Origin: a virus | IMG/VR virus record: IMGVR_UViG_3300035698_025300 | DNA: 64,000 bases | Strand: one strand, 5' to 3' | Shown here: piece after piece, positions 28,988 to 38,843 of the stretch | Layout of the letters: every line of letters starts with the position of its first letter | Numbering within the stretch: the stretch's first letter is position 1 | Made by a program: the position numbers and the translations under genes | The notes under the pieces: model-generated | The model's database searches: none | What the model was told of the DNA's origin: nothing | Seen by the model: the letters and a program-made list of their open reading frames with translations, nothing else

Positions 28988-29797
28988 TTAGCCATCAGAT
29001 TTTTGACCAGTGAAATCCTTCCAGTTAGGAAGAACGGCCTCCAGCTTCTCCATGGCTTCAATTTGAGGAGGAGGAGAATAGTCTACAAATAGTCCGATAT
29101 ATGCTTCACTTTCATAGTATTTTTTAACGACTTCAGTGACGTATCCATAGGCTTTATCACCTTCTTCTTTCTTCCTAAGAACTATGTCGTTAAAGGGTTC
29201 TCCTGTTTCCATATTTATTTGTATAAGCTCTTGAGCGATGGAACGGTTTGATGTATACCCCTTCGGTGAGTTCCTCTTTACGGTAATTGTATATCCACCA
29301 TCCTCTAAAGGATTAAAAGCCAAATTAAGCTCAAAACTCTTAATTTGAACTATACTAAGAGGAACATAGATATTTTTGATTTGTGACTGAACATCAACTG
29401 AAAAACAGTTGGTGTCTAGAGGAATAATAGTCCTGATTTTATTCCTAAAAGCATCCGCATTGTTCGTAAGTTGCTTTTTGACCTTGTTCTCGAATTTGTC
29501 AATTGATTTAACTAGTTCTTCTGTGGCCTCAATATCGTTCATTAATAATGACATTTGATGTATTAGGTCATTTTCCTGAGAATTGAATCTAAACTCGGTA
29601 TTTATCGGCCCACTATGCATTTTCCCATCCTGTAAAATATAATCAACATCAATGTTTTCAACATGACCATATTCGATAAAATTATTAATGACCTCTGAAG
29701 CCACTTTTTGCACGCTGTCTTCATCTGAGAAAATCTCTAACAGCTTGTTATACGATTCTATATTTTCTTGCTTGATTTCAACCTGTTCGTTTTCCAT
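28988..29797 (-). CDS. hypothetical protein
   Basis: 269-aa ORF. Confidence 0.75.
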   Translation of the reverse strand: MENEQVEIKQENIESYNKLLEIFSDEDSVQKVASEVINNFIEYGHVENIDVDYILQDGKMHSGPINTEFRFNSQENDLIHQMSLLMNDIEATEELVKSIDKFENKVKKQLTNNADAFRNKIRTIIPLDTNCFSVDVQSQIKNIYVPLSIVQIKSFELNLAFNPLEDGGYTITVKRNSPKGYTSNRSIAQELIQINMETGEPFNDIVLRKKEEGDKAYGYVTEVVKKYYESEAYIGLFVDYSPPPQIEAMEKLEAVLPNWKDFTGQKSDG

Positions 29798-29889
29798 AAA
29801 AAATCTCCATATATGTGATATTTTTATATCGTCATATATGGAGATTAATTATAAGTTTTCGAGCTTAGAATAAAACTAAATTTTAAAAC

Positions 29890-29962
29890 TGTTGGTGCGG
29901 GGAATCGAACCCCGATCTCCGACATGGCAAGCCAGTATAATTATCCGTTATACGACACCAAC
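29890..29962 (-). tRNA. tRNA-Gly(GCC)
   Basis: Loop TTGCCAT; directly preceded by TTGCTT-17-TATAAT. Confidence 0.85.
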
Positions 29963-30006
29963 TTTTTGTAATATATTATACAATACATTTTATCATAAAG
30001 CAATCA

Positions 30007-30400
30007 TCATTCGTGCAATTCGTTAATATTTATTCCTAGTTTCTTCATTGCTTTTGACTTGTTTTTAGAGCATTCATAGCATCTAAATTCTGGCTGATGA
30101 TCCCATCTGTCGTAATTCTTTGTCTGGACGAGCCGATATCCTTTTGCTATTTTACCACAATCAGAACAGGCTATACTGTCTTCGACTTGCCAGCATGAAC
30201 CTTCTAGTTTTTTGTTAAAAATTAAAGAGTCTACCCAGAAAAAAATAAGACCGCCAACAAGGTTAGCTATAACAGTGGTTAGTGTAGCTCCGATGTGATC
30301 AGTCAGAAGCCAAACAAATACAGCTAAAATTGGAGTACTTAGCTGCCATCTAACTAAATACCAAAAATATCTCTTCCAGTTAATTCTCTTCACATGCCGC
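30007..30400 (-). CDS. small membrane protein with a C-terminal Cys-pair (Zn ribbon) domain
   Basis: Two hydrophobic segments, CSDC...CYEC; start approximate because the track ORF start overlaps the tmRNA. Confidence 0.6.
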
Positions 30401-30435
30401 CCTTTCAGTATCTTTTTTAATTTTATTCCACAAAA

Positions 30436-30785
30436 TGGAGCCGAGGGGAGTCGAACCCCTGTCCAGTGCATACTTCACAATTAGCATCTACGTTCATAGG
30501 TATTTTATTTATATAATCGCATCAAAGGCATAAAATAACAAAAACCCATATCAACGATGACAACTTATTGTTCGGAAGCTATCGCTGTCATGTCACTTCC
30601 TAAGCTCTACTATTGGCATCTTGTCCAGACCATAGAGCAAACCCGGCAAGATGTGCTACTTAAATTTAAGCAGCGGCTTTTGCGTTGTTGGCATTTAAGT
30701 GCCTTGGATCTGTTTAACGACTCCTTTATCCAAAGTCGGAACGCAACTAATAGCTCTTCATACCTGTCGAAACCAAAGCGGCCCC
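30436..30785 (-). ncRNA. ssrA: tmRNA, tag (A)NNAKAAA
   Basis: 5' GGGGCCGCTTTGGTTTCGAC, acceptor GGGGCCG/CGGCTCC with G3-U70, T-arm GGGTTCGACTCCC, tag frame at 30692-30666. Confidence 0.92.
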
Positions 30786-30792
30786 GGTTGTA

Positions 30793-31023
30793 TTAAAAAC
30801 CAGCTATATCTTTTTTCCATTCACAACATTTTTTATACTTTTTTCCACTTCCGCATAAACATGGACCATTTCGTTTAGGCTTTACTTTACCTGATTCCGC
30901 TTTTATAAAAGCTGGCGGTTCGTATGAGCCCGGAATCATATTTTTTCTGTTCTTCCGAAACTTAACTACTTCCTTTTTTAGTCTTTCCAGTTCTTGACTG
31001 TTGAGTTCTAAATTCTCTTTCAT
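30793..31023 (-). CDS. SEC-C motif protein
   Basis: RNGPCLCGSGKKYKKCC. Confidence 0.85.
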   Translation of the reverse strand: MKENLELNSQELERLKKEVVKFRKNRKNMIPGSYEPPAFIKAESGKVKPKRNGPCLCGSGKKYKKCCEWKKDIAGF

Positions 31024-31286
31024 TTTATCTTCCTATTCCATTTTATTTTCATTAATTACAGATTGCTTATTATTATGTCCAAGTCACCAAATGGGACTTT
31101 TGATGGGCCGTGGCTATTCCTCTCTTTGCCTCGCATTACCTTTTGCAGTTCAGCCAAAAGCTGCTCTGCTTCTTCTTCTGAGATTACTATACTTTTTACT
31201 GTGACAACTTTCTTCTCGTCTATGCGAACTTGCATATACTTCTCCTTGATAGCAAATTATAGCTTTCTATGTGTTTAACAGCAATT

Positions 31287-31835
31287 TTAATCTATAGGAT
31301 TTTTTTCATCGTACACAGTGGTCATTAATTCAATTCCCTCAGAATAAGGAAATTTCATCCAAGATTTTTTATTGTCAATGATTTTTTGATAATTCATAAC
31401 GATAAAATCAGATACAATCGAAAAGTCTTTAGAGCTTTCATCTACAGCTTCTAGAATATGTCCACGAAGCCTTTTTTCAATATGTTCTTTTTCGTACTTA
31501 ACTAATGTTTTATTAAATGCAAACTCTTCTGGAACGTCTTCTAATTTGAAAAAATACTCTTCATCTTCCATAATTTTAATACGAATTTCTCTCAACGCAG
31601 CCGCAGCGTCAGTATTGTCAAGATAAAGAAAAGCATTTTCTAATACGGCCAGATGACCGATAGCAAACCATAAATGATGATCGTAGTCGCCAGTTGCGAA
31701 CTCATCCATAAGAAGCTGTGCTTGCCCAATCTCGTTAGATGGGACTATTTCACATCGTAAGAATTCAAGCCTATTAGAAAGTATAAAGGCTTGTGCTAAA
31801 TGCTTTCTAACACAATCTGCACAACTATCACGCAT
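31287..31835 (-). CDS. hypothetical protein
   Basis: Likely start MRDSCADC. Confidence 0.65.
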   Translation of the reverse strand: MRDSCADCVRKHLAQAFILSNRLEFLRCEIVPSNEIGQAQLLMDEFATGDYDHHLWFAIGHLAVLENAFLYLDNTDAAAALREIRIKIMEDEEYFFKLEDVPEEFAFNKTLVKYEKEHIEKRLRGHILEAVDESSKDFSIVSDFIVMNYQKIIDNKKSWMKFPYSEGIELMTTVYDEKNPID

Positions 31836-31836
31836 T

Positions 31837-32391
31837 TTAAGTCTCCTCTGGATATGGATTTTCTGAAAATATATCAATATAAAATATAAAACTGTCAACT
31901 CTTACTTCATGAAGCGGCCAGGGATCGGTCCTGGACCACTCTATATCATAACTTAATTCAGTTTCACCATCTATCTCTACTAAGTACTCTTTGCCGAGCA
32001 GTTCGGAATCATACCAAACCAAATTTAAATCATCACCACAAGAGTGTAATTCGTAAATTTCAGATGAAGATCCCAATTTAATATTAGTGACGCTTAAAGA
32101 CATATCACTTAATAAATGTTTGTTAACAACAATACCAAACGATAAATATTTTTCACTAAAAGCGTCAAATTCCATACTACATTTTATTTCGTTATCTTGT
32201 TTTATAATTAAATCATTTTCCCATTTAGTAATCATTGAAACCTTTTCGCTATTGGCCCATATTCCCATGTTTTCATCAAATGCTTCGTACTCACTAGTAT
32301 TATGTTCTGATTTGTAGAACGTCTGTATATTAGAGGTAATGATCGGAGCTTTTCGACATCCTAACCTATGATTGCATATGACTTTTTTCAA
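31837..32391 (-). CDS. hypothetical protein
   Basis: 184-aa ORF. Confidence 0.6.
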   Translation of the reverse strand: MKKVICNHRLGCRKAPIITSNIQTFYKSEHNTSEYEAFDENMGIWANSEKVSMITKWENDLIIKQDNEIKCSMEFDAFSEKYLSFGIVVNKHLLSDMSLSVTNIKLGSSSEIYELHSCGDDLNLVWYDSELLGKEYLVEIDGETELSYDIEWSRTDPWPLHEVRVDSFIFYIDIFSENPYPEET

Positions 32392-32757
32392 TTATTCGTC
32401 CTCTGGGAAATGTTCTTCTTGCATACCCAAACACTCTATATAAGCTTCAGAAAAAGAAGATCCAATATGTTCGTAAAGTTTACTAGGAGCAAATTCTGGG
32501 TTCCTAAGCTGTGGGTTGCAACGAACGTTTTTTGTTCTTATTAAGTATCTTTCTGCTTCTAGATGACAATTTTCACATAAAGTTATTCCATTAAGCGTGT
32601 TATAACCACCACATGGCATGTCGTTTCGATTGGTTATATGATGCACGTCAAGCTTCGTATTGTTTTTGCAGATTACACAAGCATTTTTATCTCGCTGCAA
32701 ACAACTTTCCCGAAAACTTTTTCTAAGCAATTTTAAGATTTGTTTTTTATCAGACAC
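32392..32757 (-). CDS. HNH endonuclease
   Basis: RDKNACVIC...DVHHI...NGITLCENCH. Confidence 0.85.
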   Translation of the reverse strand: MSDKKQILKLLRKSFRESCLQRDKNACVICKNNTKLDVHHITNRNDMPCGGYNTLNGITLCENCHLEAERYLIRTKNVRCNPQLRNPEFAPSKLYEHIGSSFSEAYIECLGMQEEHFPEDE

Positions 32758-33220
32758 TGTAGCCCCACGTAGAGATAGAATTTAATTGACTATCATTCAG
32801 CATTATATATCCGTCTCGGCACTGGGACCACAAAAACTCTTTGATACTTTCTTGATAATCAAGCAGCCCGTAATCAGACAGCCTTCCCATATATTTAATA
32901 AAATCTTCAAGAAATTGGTCGGAAAACACAGAGGGGTCAAATGATTGGTCATAAAATATTTCCATAAACTGACCGAATCCCTGCGGCTTTATTTTTAAAT
33001 GAAGACTCCAGAGAAGGGCTGCTAAAGACCTTACTAAATTTCTTTCAACAGCAAAGTCCTTAGTGAAAACGCTCCAATTTGCTTCGGACATATCTTCCTT
33101 TTTAGGAAACAATAAATCTAATCTCGGTGATCCATATTCACCAGATTGTACTTCTTCCCATGTTTGTTTAAGAGTTCGTCCTTCATATGTCTCGCCTAAA
33201 TAGAATGCTAATATACTCAT
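32750..33220 (-). CDS. hypothetical protein (weak OGFr-N-like resemblance)
   Basis: FYLG..EGRTL...LLFP pattern next to a macrodomain gene. Confidence 0.45.
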   Translation of the reverse strand: MSILAFYLGETYEGRTLKQTWEEVQSGEYGSPRLDLLFPKKEDMSEANWSVFTKDFAVERNLVRSLAALLWSLHLKIKPQGFGQFMEIFYDQSFDPSVFSDQFLEDFIKYMGRLSDYGLLDYQESIKEFLWSQCRDGYIMLNDSQLNSISTWGYSV

Positions 33221-33313
33221 TTTTTTACACCAGTGCTAAAGTTTTACACTTGCAGTATCGTCAATATGGCATTCAAGTCAAAACATATAGTTTCAATGAA
33301 TTTCCTATACTTA

Positions 33314-33925
33314 TCAATCCGCAACTACCCAGTCTATTTTACTGCTTTTTCCAATATAACTAAATATTTTTTTATATTCTTCAAAATTCTCATCGTCAAA
33401 ACAGCAGATAGTTACTTCGTCTAAATACGTTCCTTCAGGATGACATATGTGGTGCAGCGCTCTATTTAGTGAATTCATTGCAATATCGGCTGCTATATCT
33501 TTTGGAAAACAGAAAGCCCCTGTACTTATACAAGGAAAAGCTATACTTTTTAACCCCTGCTTACTAGCCAGTGTCAAGCAGTTATTATAACACAATTCTA
33601 AATCACTTAAACACTTTGGTTTTTCTTTTTCAGAAAAAACGGGGCCTACGGTATGTATTACATATTTCGCTTTTAAATCATAACCGCCAGTAATACGAGC
33701 CTCACCAACGGGACAGCCGTAAAGATTTAAACATTCTCCTAATAGTTTTGGGCCAGCCGCTCGATGAATTGCACCATCCACCCCTCCACCGCCAGTTAGT
33801 TGTTCGTGGGCAGCGTTAACCATGGCATCTACAGAAAGTTCTGTAATATCTCCTCTCGTGAGTAGTATTTTAGCTCCTACTGTTCGCTTATTTACTGACA
33901 TTTCCATATTGATATCTTCGGTCAT
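33314..33925 (-). CDS. macrodomain ADP-ribose hydrolase (YmdB/MacroD-like)
   Basis: GDIT, VNAAH..LTGGGGVDGAIHRAAG, IHTVGP, FPCISTGAF. Confidence 0.92.
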   Translation of the reverse strand: MTEDINMEMSVNKRTVGAKILLTRGDITELSVDAMVNAAHEQLTGGGGVDGAIHRAAGPKLLGECLNLYGCPVGEARITGGYDLKAKYVIHTVGPVFSEKEKPKCLSDLELCYNNCLTLASKQGLKSIAFPCISTGAFCFPKDIAADIAMNSLNRALHHICHPEGTYLDEVTICCFDDENFEEYKKIFSYIGKSSKIDWVVAD

Positions 33926-33988
33926 AAAAAATCTCCTTCATCCAACAAGGATAAAGTAGGTATGAAACACTTATATTGTTTATATTGA

Positions 33989-34061
33989 CAGGCCCACGAG
34001 GACTCGAACCCGCGAATAGAAGGACCAAAACCTTCTGTGTTGCCAATTACACTATGGGCCT
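33989..34061 (-). tRNA. tRNA-Gln(TTG)
   Basis: Loop TTTTGGT. Confidence 0.88.
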
Positions 34062-34071
34062 ATATTAAAAA

Positions 34072-34145
34072 TCGGAACGGCCGGAATCGAACCGGCGTTC
34101 TCCTAGTCCCGAACTAGGCGAATTACCTAACTTTCCTACATTCCG
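34072..34145 (-). tRNA. tRNA-Pro(CGG)
   Basis: Loop TTCGGGA. Confidence 0.9.
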
Positions 34146-34150
34146 TCTAA

Positions 34151-34223
34151 CTGCCTCGACAGGACTCGAACCTGTATAGACTGATTCAAAGTCAGTTATG
34201 TTAACCAATTACATTACAAGGCA
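34151..34223 (-). tRNA. tRNA-Gln(TTG)
   Basis: Loop CTTTGAA. Confidence 0.9.
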
Positions 34224-34230
34224 TCATGAA

Positions 34231-34303
34231 TCGGAGCGAGAGGATTCGAACCTCCGTCTCGGCGCCCCAAACGCCGTACTAAACCAAGCTCAGCTACGCT
34301 CCG
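34231..34303 (-). tRNA. tRNA-Pro(TGG)
   Basis: Loop TTTGGGG. Confidence 0.9.
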
Positions 34304-34383
34304 TAAACATACTTTAATTATAATGATAGCATAAACCGCAAGTGCGAGCCATTTAGTAAAAAGAGAGTGACCCGCTACAGCGA

Positions 34384-34449
34384 TTATTGCTGATCGGGGT
34401 CTGGTTGTGTATCTTGATCGACGGTCTGATTGTAGTTAATCTTTGTCAT
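34384..34449 (-). CDS. leader peptide 4, MTKINYNQTVDQDTQPDPDQQ
   Basis: 21 codons immediately after a consensus promoter and before the Pro/Gln tRNAs. Confidence 0.75.
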   Translation of the reverse strand: MTKINYNQTVDQDTQPDPDQQ

Positions 34450-34468
34450 AATACTCAACCTTTAATTA

Positions 34469-34497
34469 ATTATAGGATACTTAAAGATCCTTGTCAA
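34469..34497 (-). promoter_or_regulatory. consensus sigma70 promoter of leader 4
   Basis: TTGACA-17-TATAAT. Confidence 0.9.
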
Positions 34498-34509
34498 TAA
34501 CTTTTTTTA

Positions 34510-34584
34510 TAGCGGGAGATGGATTCGAACCACCGACCTGGAGCTTATGAGGCTCCCGAGCTAACCTAACTGCTCTATCCCGCG
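34510..34584 (-). tRNA. tRNA-fMet-like (CAT)
   Basis: C1/U72 mismatch, A11-U24, loop CTCATAA; lacks the three consecutive G-C anticodon-stem pairs. Confidence 0.8.
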
Positions 34585-35291
34585 ATGTGGATTATGTATC
34601 TCTACGTGACAATTTCTGCACAAAAGAATACATTTTGATAATTCTTCTAAAACTTTATCCCAGCTACATGTTAATATATTAGATATATTATGCTTTTTAT
34701 CATGAATATGATGAAATTCTAATCCATCTAATATATCGTAGCCGCATATGCTACATTTATTTCCTAAAATTTTTATTGCTCTTATTTTTCTGTTTATATA
34801 ATTACTTCGTCTTTTCTTTTGATTCATATGATATTGGTTATGACATCTGGAACATAAAAGAATACATTTTGATAACTCTCTTTCTATTTTGTTCCAACTA
34901 TGACCTATAATATCATATATATTAAATTCTTTTTCATTTTCATGATGGAATGTTAGTGCTGCATAATTTTTGCAGTATCCACAGAAAGAACATTTAGAAC
35001 CTTTCATTTTTATAGCTTTTACTTTATTCTTATATTTTATATCTTTAATTGCTATATTTAAACATTTTTTGCATTTATTATATTGCCCATTTCGAAATTT
35101 TTCAATATTTGTTTCTCTACAGACTATACATCTATAAAATCTTTTTAAGTTTTTATATTTAGTTGTTAATTTATACTTTTTAATAAACGACAAACCGCGC
35201 TGGCTCTTTTATTTATTTTTTTGCCAATTTCTCTTTGTGAAAAGCCTTTTTCGGTTAAATCCTTCAATTCTAAATATATCTTATTATCCAT
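34561..35291 (-). CDS. free-standing homing endonuclease: HTH plus two HNH repeats, with an A5 frameshift near 35180
   Basis: MDNKIYLELKDLTEKGFSQREIGKKINKRASAVCRLLK then -1 frame; two CS.CGY...FHH...ELSKCILLC..CH repeats. Confidence 0.8.
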
Positions 35292-35413
35292 AAAGACGCC
35301 GCTATGGAAGCCGTTTCACCCTCCCGCTGTTTTATTATACAATCTCAATTGGAGGATGCAGCAACTTTTTTATTTTTGTAGGATTTTTTTATTTTAACTC
35401 GAATAATATATGT

Positions 35414-36025
35414 ATGTCAAATTCTTGGTACAAAAAATCCATGCCAACCATTAAAGTAGTGAAAGCTTTTATTGGCGATATCTGCCAAAAAATTTCGCAG
35501 ATTCAGGGAGTCAAAGACGTATATGTCTGGGGATCTTACGCCAAAAACGTTAATAATGACAAATACCCAATAAGAGACCTAGATATAATTGCGTCTACTT
35601 CGTTTCTTTCAGGAGATTTGCTATCAATATCCGAAAACCCGGTATTACCATTCAATTTAAAGAGTGCGAGTCTGGTAGAGGAAGGATATAACCCAAAAGC
35701 GGTAATATTCAGTAAAGAATTTGTTCGAGTTGCTGATTTCAATATAGACCACTGGGCCATATCTAAAGATAAAAAACTGATGCATTGGGGACCAACGCCA
35801 GAAACTCAAGAAGAATGGGATGACATCAAGAGAGACGCAGAAAATTATGCACAACTCTCGACCGGCCTCACTCGACAAAAACTAAGCAGCGATGTTAAAA
35901 AAAGAAAATGGCAAAATGAGCATGATTACCATATTTCTATGGCATTATCAGAAATGCCGAATGGCTGGTATCAATCTAAATGTCGTATAAAAGACTTGTT
36001 TGATGAAGCACTTAAACTTTCGTAG
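35414..36025 (+). CDS. Pol-beta-type nucleotidyltransferase-fold protein
   Basis: VYVWGSYA...IRDLDII; N-terminal NSWYKKS. Confidence 0.6.
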   Translation: MSNSWYKKSMPTIKVVKAFIGDICQKISQIQGVKDVYVWGSYAKNVNNDKYPIRDLDIIASTSFLSGDLLSISENPVLPFNLKSASLVEEGYNPKAVIFSKEFVRVADFNIDHWAISKDKKLMHWGPTPETQEEWDDIKRDAENYAQLSTGLTRQKLSSDVKKRKWQNEHDYHISMALSEMPNGWYQSKCRIKDLFDEALKLS

Positions 36026-36086
36026 TTTTTATCGCTTAAAAGGATTATCCTCTATAACGCTATAATTATATATTAAGGATAATATT

Positions 36087-36686
36087 ATGGCCCAAATCAA
36101 AAATCTGTCAAATGGTGATAACTATACTGTAGCAGATAGTGATACTCTCGTCTTATCTTTAGACGAAAGCGAAGAGATTTATATAATCATACAATCTAGA
36201 CCCATGATGCTAACCAGAATAAATGATATACTATTTATAGGAATCCGGTCACCAGAGCAGAGAGAATACAAGGCAGAATATCATCTGTCAGAAGTTGTTG
36301 ACGGTTTTAGTGATTCGTTTTCTTACTGGGAATGGCAGATTGAATATATAGAGAATAACCCAGCGGCTAATACGTTTAGGATAAAAATAGATTTTATCTT
36401 TCAGACCTGTGGAGCTGGCCCAAAATTCCCACCAGATTATATTGATTTGCTAGTAGAAAATCTTAATGATGAGAACGCGTCGCCGAATCCGAAAAAATGG
36501 GCCAATTTCAGTTGCTCGCACAAAGCCTGGATTCACCTGACAAGCTTGGCTAAAGACGGCTATATGCTACCAGAAGATGTTCCAGACGAACCAAAAGTAG
36601 AAGACTACACAGATCTTGTTAGTAGCATTGACGACTGTTGGGACTGCTCTATAGCTGAACCTGACTGGCTAAAGGCTCGACAGTGA
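36087..36686 (+). CDS. hypothetical protein
   Basis: 199-aa ORF with RBS. Confidence 0.7.
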   Translation: MAQIKNLSNGDNYTVADSDTLVLSLDESEEIYIIIQSRPMMLTRINDILFIGIRSPEQREYKAEYHLSEVVDGFSDSFSYWEWQIEYIENNPAANTFRIKIDFIFQTCGAGPKFPPDYIDLLVENLNDENASPNPKKWANFSCSHKAWIHLTSLAKDGYMLPEDVPDEPKVEDYTDLVSSIDDCWDCSIAEPDWLKARQ

Positions 36687-37282
36687 GTAATAAGATTTTC
36701 GGTATAGGTCTGCTCAAAACGGGAACTGTCTCTCTATATGAGGCAATGAAGAGGATAGGATTTAAGTCAGTTCATTACCCCAGAAAAATGAATCTGATAA
36801 AAAAACATCAATTCAGTAATGATATTACCGTGTCTGGTAGATTCAGTTCGCTAGACATGGAATTCGAAAATAGTAAATTCATTTTTACGCAAAGAAACAT
36901 AGACGACTGGGTTGAATCTTGCTATAACCACTTTAAAAACTCTAATAGACAAAATATGAATTTTTCTTACTGGATGTCGGAAGCCTACTATTATATTTTT
37001 AATTGTTCCGCAGAAAAAGCTGAGAATCTATCTAAGCAACAATACAAAAAGTGTTATAAAGAATTCGAACAAAAAGTTCGAGATTACTTCGCGAACCGTC
37101 CTAATGACATTTTATATCTAAACATAATGGAAGACAAGAATCCTTGGACCAAGTTAGTGACATTCTTAGAAAAAAATAGCCTTCTTTCTTTTCCTCACAA
37201 AAACAAAGGAAAATATTCAAAAATTGACGTTGACAAGAAAAACCACAAAAGTGGAAAGAACTTTCATATTATAGGTCGATAA
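36683..37282 (+). CDS. sulfotransferase-family protein
   Basis: KIFGIGLLKTGTVSL PAPS loop, KFIFTQR...W..S, W..L..FL, FPH.N. Confidence 0.8.
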   Translation: MSNKIFGIGLLKTGTVSLYEAMKRIGFKSVHYPRKMNLIKKHQFSNDITVSGRFSSLDMEFENSKFIFTQRNIDDWVESCYNHFKNSNRQNMNFSYWMSEAYYYIFNCSAEKAENLSKQQYKKCYKEFEQKVRDYFANRPNDILYLNIMEDKNPWTKLVTFLEKNSLLSFPHKNKGKYSKIDVDKKNHKSGKNFHIIGR

Positions 37283-37715
37283 CAGTTGTAGGATTGAAAA
37301 ACAGATTATCACTGTTGGTCGGGTTTACCCGTACTATAAATGCATAGAACTACGATGCATTAAAGGTAAAAATCCGGTTGCCGTACTTATAGCAAATAGC
37401 AGCTAAAAAGGCTATAAGCAAGAATTCATTGCAGGGCGAGTATCCTGCATGGAAAAAGCAAAGTATTAAACAAAAGATACTAGCAACGGCGCTGCTAAGA
37501 CCAGACCAATAAAAGGTAACTTAATTGGGAGTTACTGAATAATTGATCATAAGCATCCTCTTATTATAATTTCTTTATGTACTTTTTCAACACACTACAA
37601 TAGACTTGCGCTAAAAGTACTTAGCAAGTGGTCGTACTGCGAGGTACAAAAAAGGAAGGTAAAAGTAATAATCACTGTCCGAAGGACAGGGATTGCTGCG
37701 AGCGAAGCGAGCTAG

Positions 37716-38084
37716 CTATTTACTATGACCAGATAGAGACCGGCAAAGCTCTTTGTCAGAAAAAACTTGAGAACTATGCGTATTGTAATCTACGAAAACA
37801 TTTTTATTAGTAGACTCTGAACTGATAAAATCTAATATAACTGTTTTCTGGCGTCTAGTAGCTGGCTTTGTTAACTGGATGCTTATCTCTCTTTCTGTTC
37901 CTACTAGTCTGATAAAACTGTGAAAAAAAGCTATACGGTAATATAAAAAATCATACCCGTATTTGTAATCAATGTTAAATAGATCACAAATTTTCTGAGT
38001 ATGTTTTTGATTAAAGGTTTCTATTATCTCACCGTCTTTTGCCACCCATAAACTTATGTTTTTAGAACAAACTTGTGTAGCCAT
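37716..38084 (-). CDS. hypothetical protein
   Basis: 122-aa ORF. Confidence 0.6.
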   Translation of the reverse strand: MATQVCSKNISLWVAKDGEIIETFNQKHTQKICDLFNIDYKYGYDFLYYRIAFFHSFIRLVGTEREISIQLTKPATRRQKTVILDFISSESTNKNVFVDYNTHSSQVFSDKELCRSLSGHSK

Positions 38085-38183
38085 TATATCTATCCTCTGT
38101 CTATTTAAAAAGACAATATATGTAACATGCGCTTTTTTATATTGGATATTAATAAAGAATATATCCTTTTTTATTTATAGATT

Positions 38184-38660
38184 TTATGGAGTTAAAATTG
38201 AGTTTGGAGAACAAGAAAAATCATTCACTGGTTCTGGATCAAAATCGGGACGCTCATCTCCACCATTATTTCTACGCCAATAATCATTCCAGATATATTC
38301 TTCGACTTTTTTTATAAACGAATAAATATCTTCTTCACAAATACTTGTGATAAAATCTGTATGAAATGTTAATCCTGATCCAACAGTAGATATATGGTTG
38401 ATGAACTCTAAATCTCCAATTAGGTATTCATTATTTTTTGATACTTGAATTGTGTATTTATAGTCTTTTAGGGAGAAAACTAGCCGTACTATTGATGTAT
38501 CTATTGTAAGTCTGCTTAAAACAATGCGCCTCATTAAAGGCTGACAAAGAGACACTTGTATTTCTGAACTATTTTCATTTAGTTCAAAATAAGAGGTTAC
38601 GGCTTTAATAAGATGGATTTCCCAGTCTTGTGACCAGTCTTTTAATTCAGATTCATTCAT
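38184..38660 (-). CDS. hypothetical protein
   Basis: 158-aa ORF. Confidence 0.65.
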   Translation of the reverse strand: MNESELKDWSQDWEIHLIKAVTSYFELNENSSEIQVSLCQPLMRRIVLSRLTIDTSIVRLVFSLKDYKYTIQVSKNNEYLIGDLEFINHISTVGSGLTFHTDFITSICEEDIYSFIKKVEEYIWNDYWRRNNGGDERPDFDPEPVNDFSCSPNSILTP

Positions 38661-38843
38661 GTTAATTCTCGATAATATGTTGTTCTTTTTCCATTATAGT
38701 GAGTGGATGCTTTTAAATCAACGAAAAATGTAAAAATAGTGGATATTATTAAAAACTCTCTTAATTCTTTTTAAATAATAAAGGACAAATTCTGGGTTTA
38801 GTTAATAAAAAATAGAAGTAAACCCAAACAGGGAGAATGAATA

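Noticed and set aside
31905-31940. Sequence resembling an Asp/Glu tRNA D-loop, a candidate for the missing tRNA-Asp
   Set aside because: It lies within a coding frame and has no T-arm or acceptor stem.
34510-35330. Group I intron with HNH interrupting tRNA-Met
   Set aside because: The tRNA is complete and contiguous; the endonuclease is free-standing.
37290-37715. Intergenic region with small hairpins and a hydrophobic minus-strand frame broken by TAA
   Set aside because: Could be a decayed membrane-protein gene; not enough support for a call.
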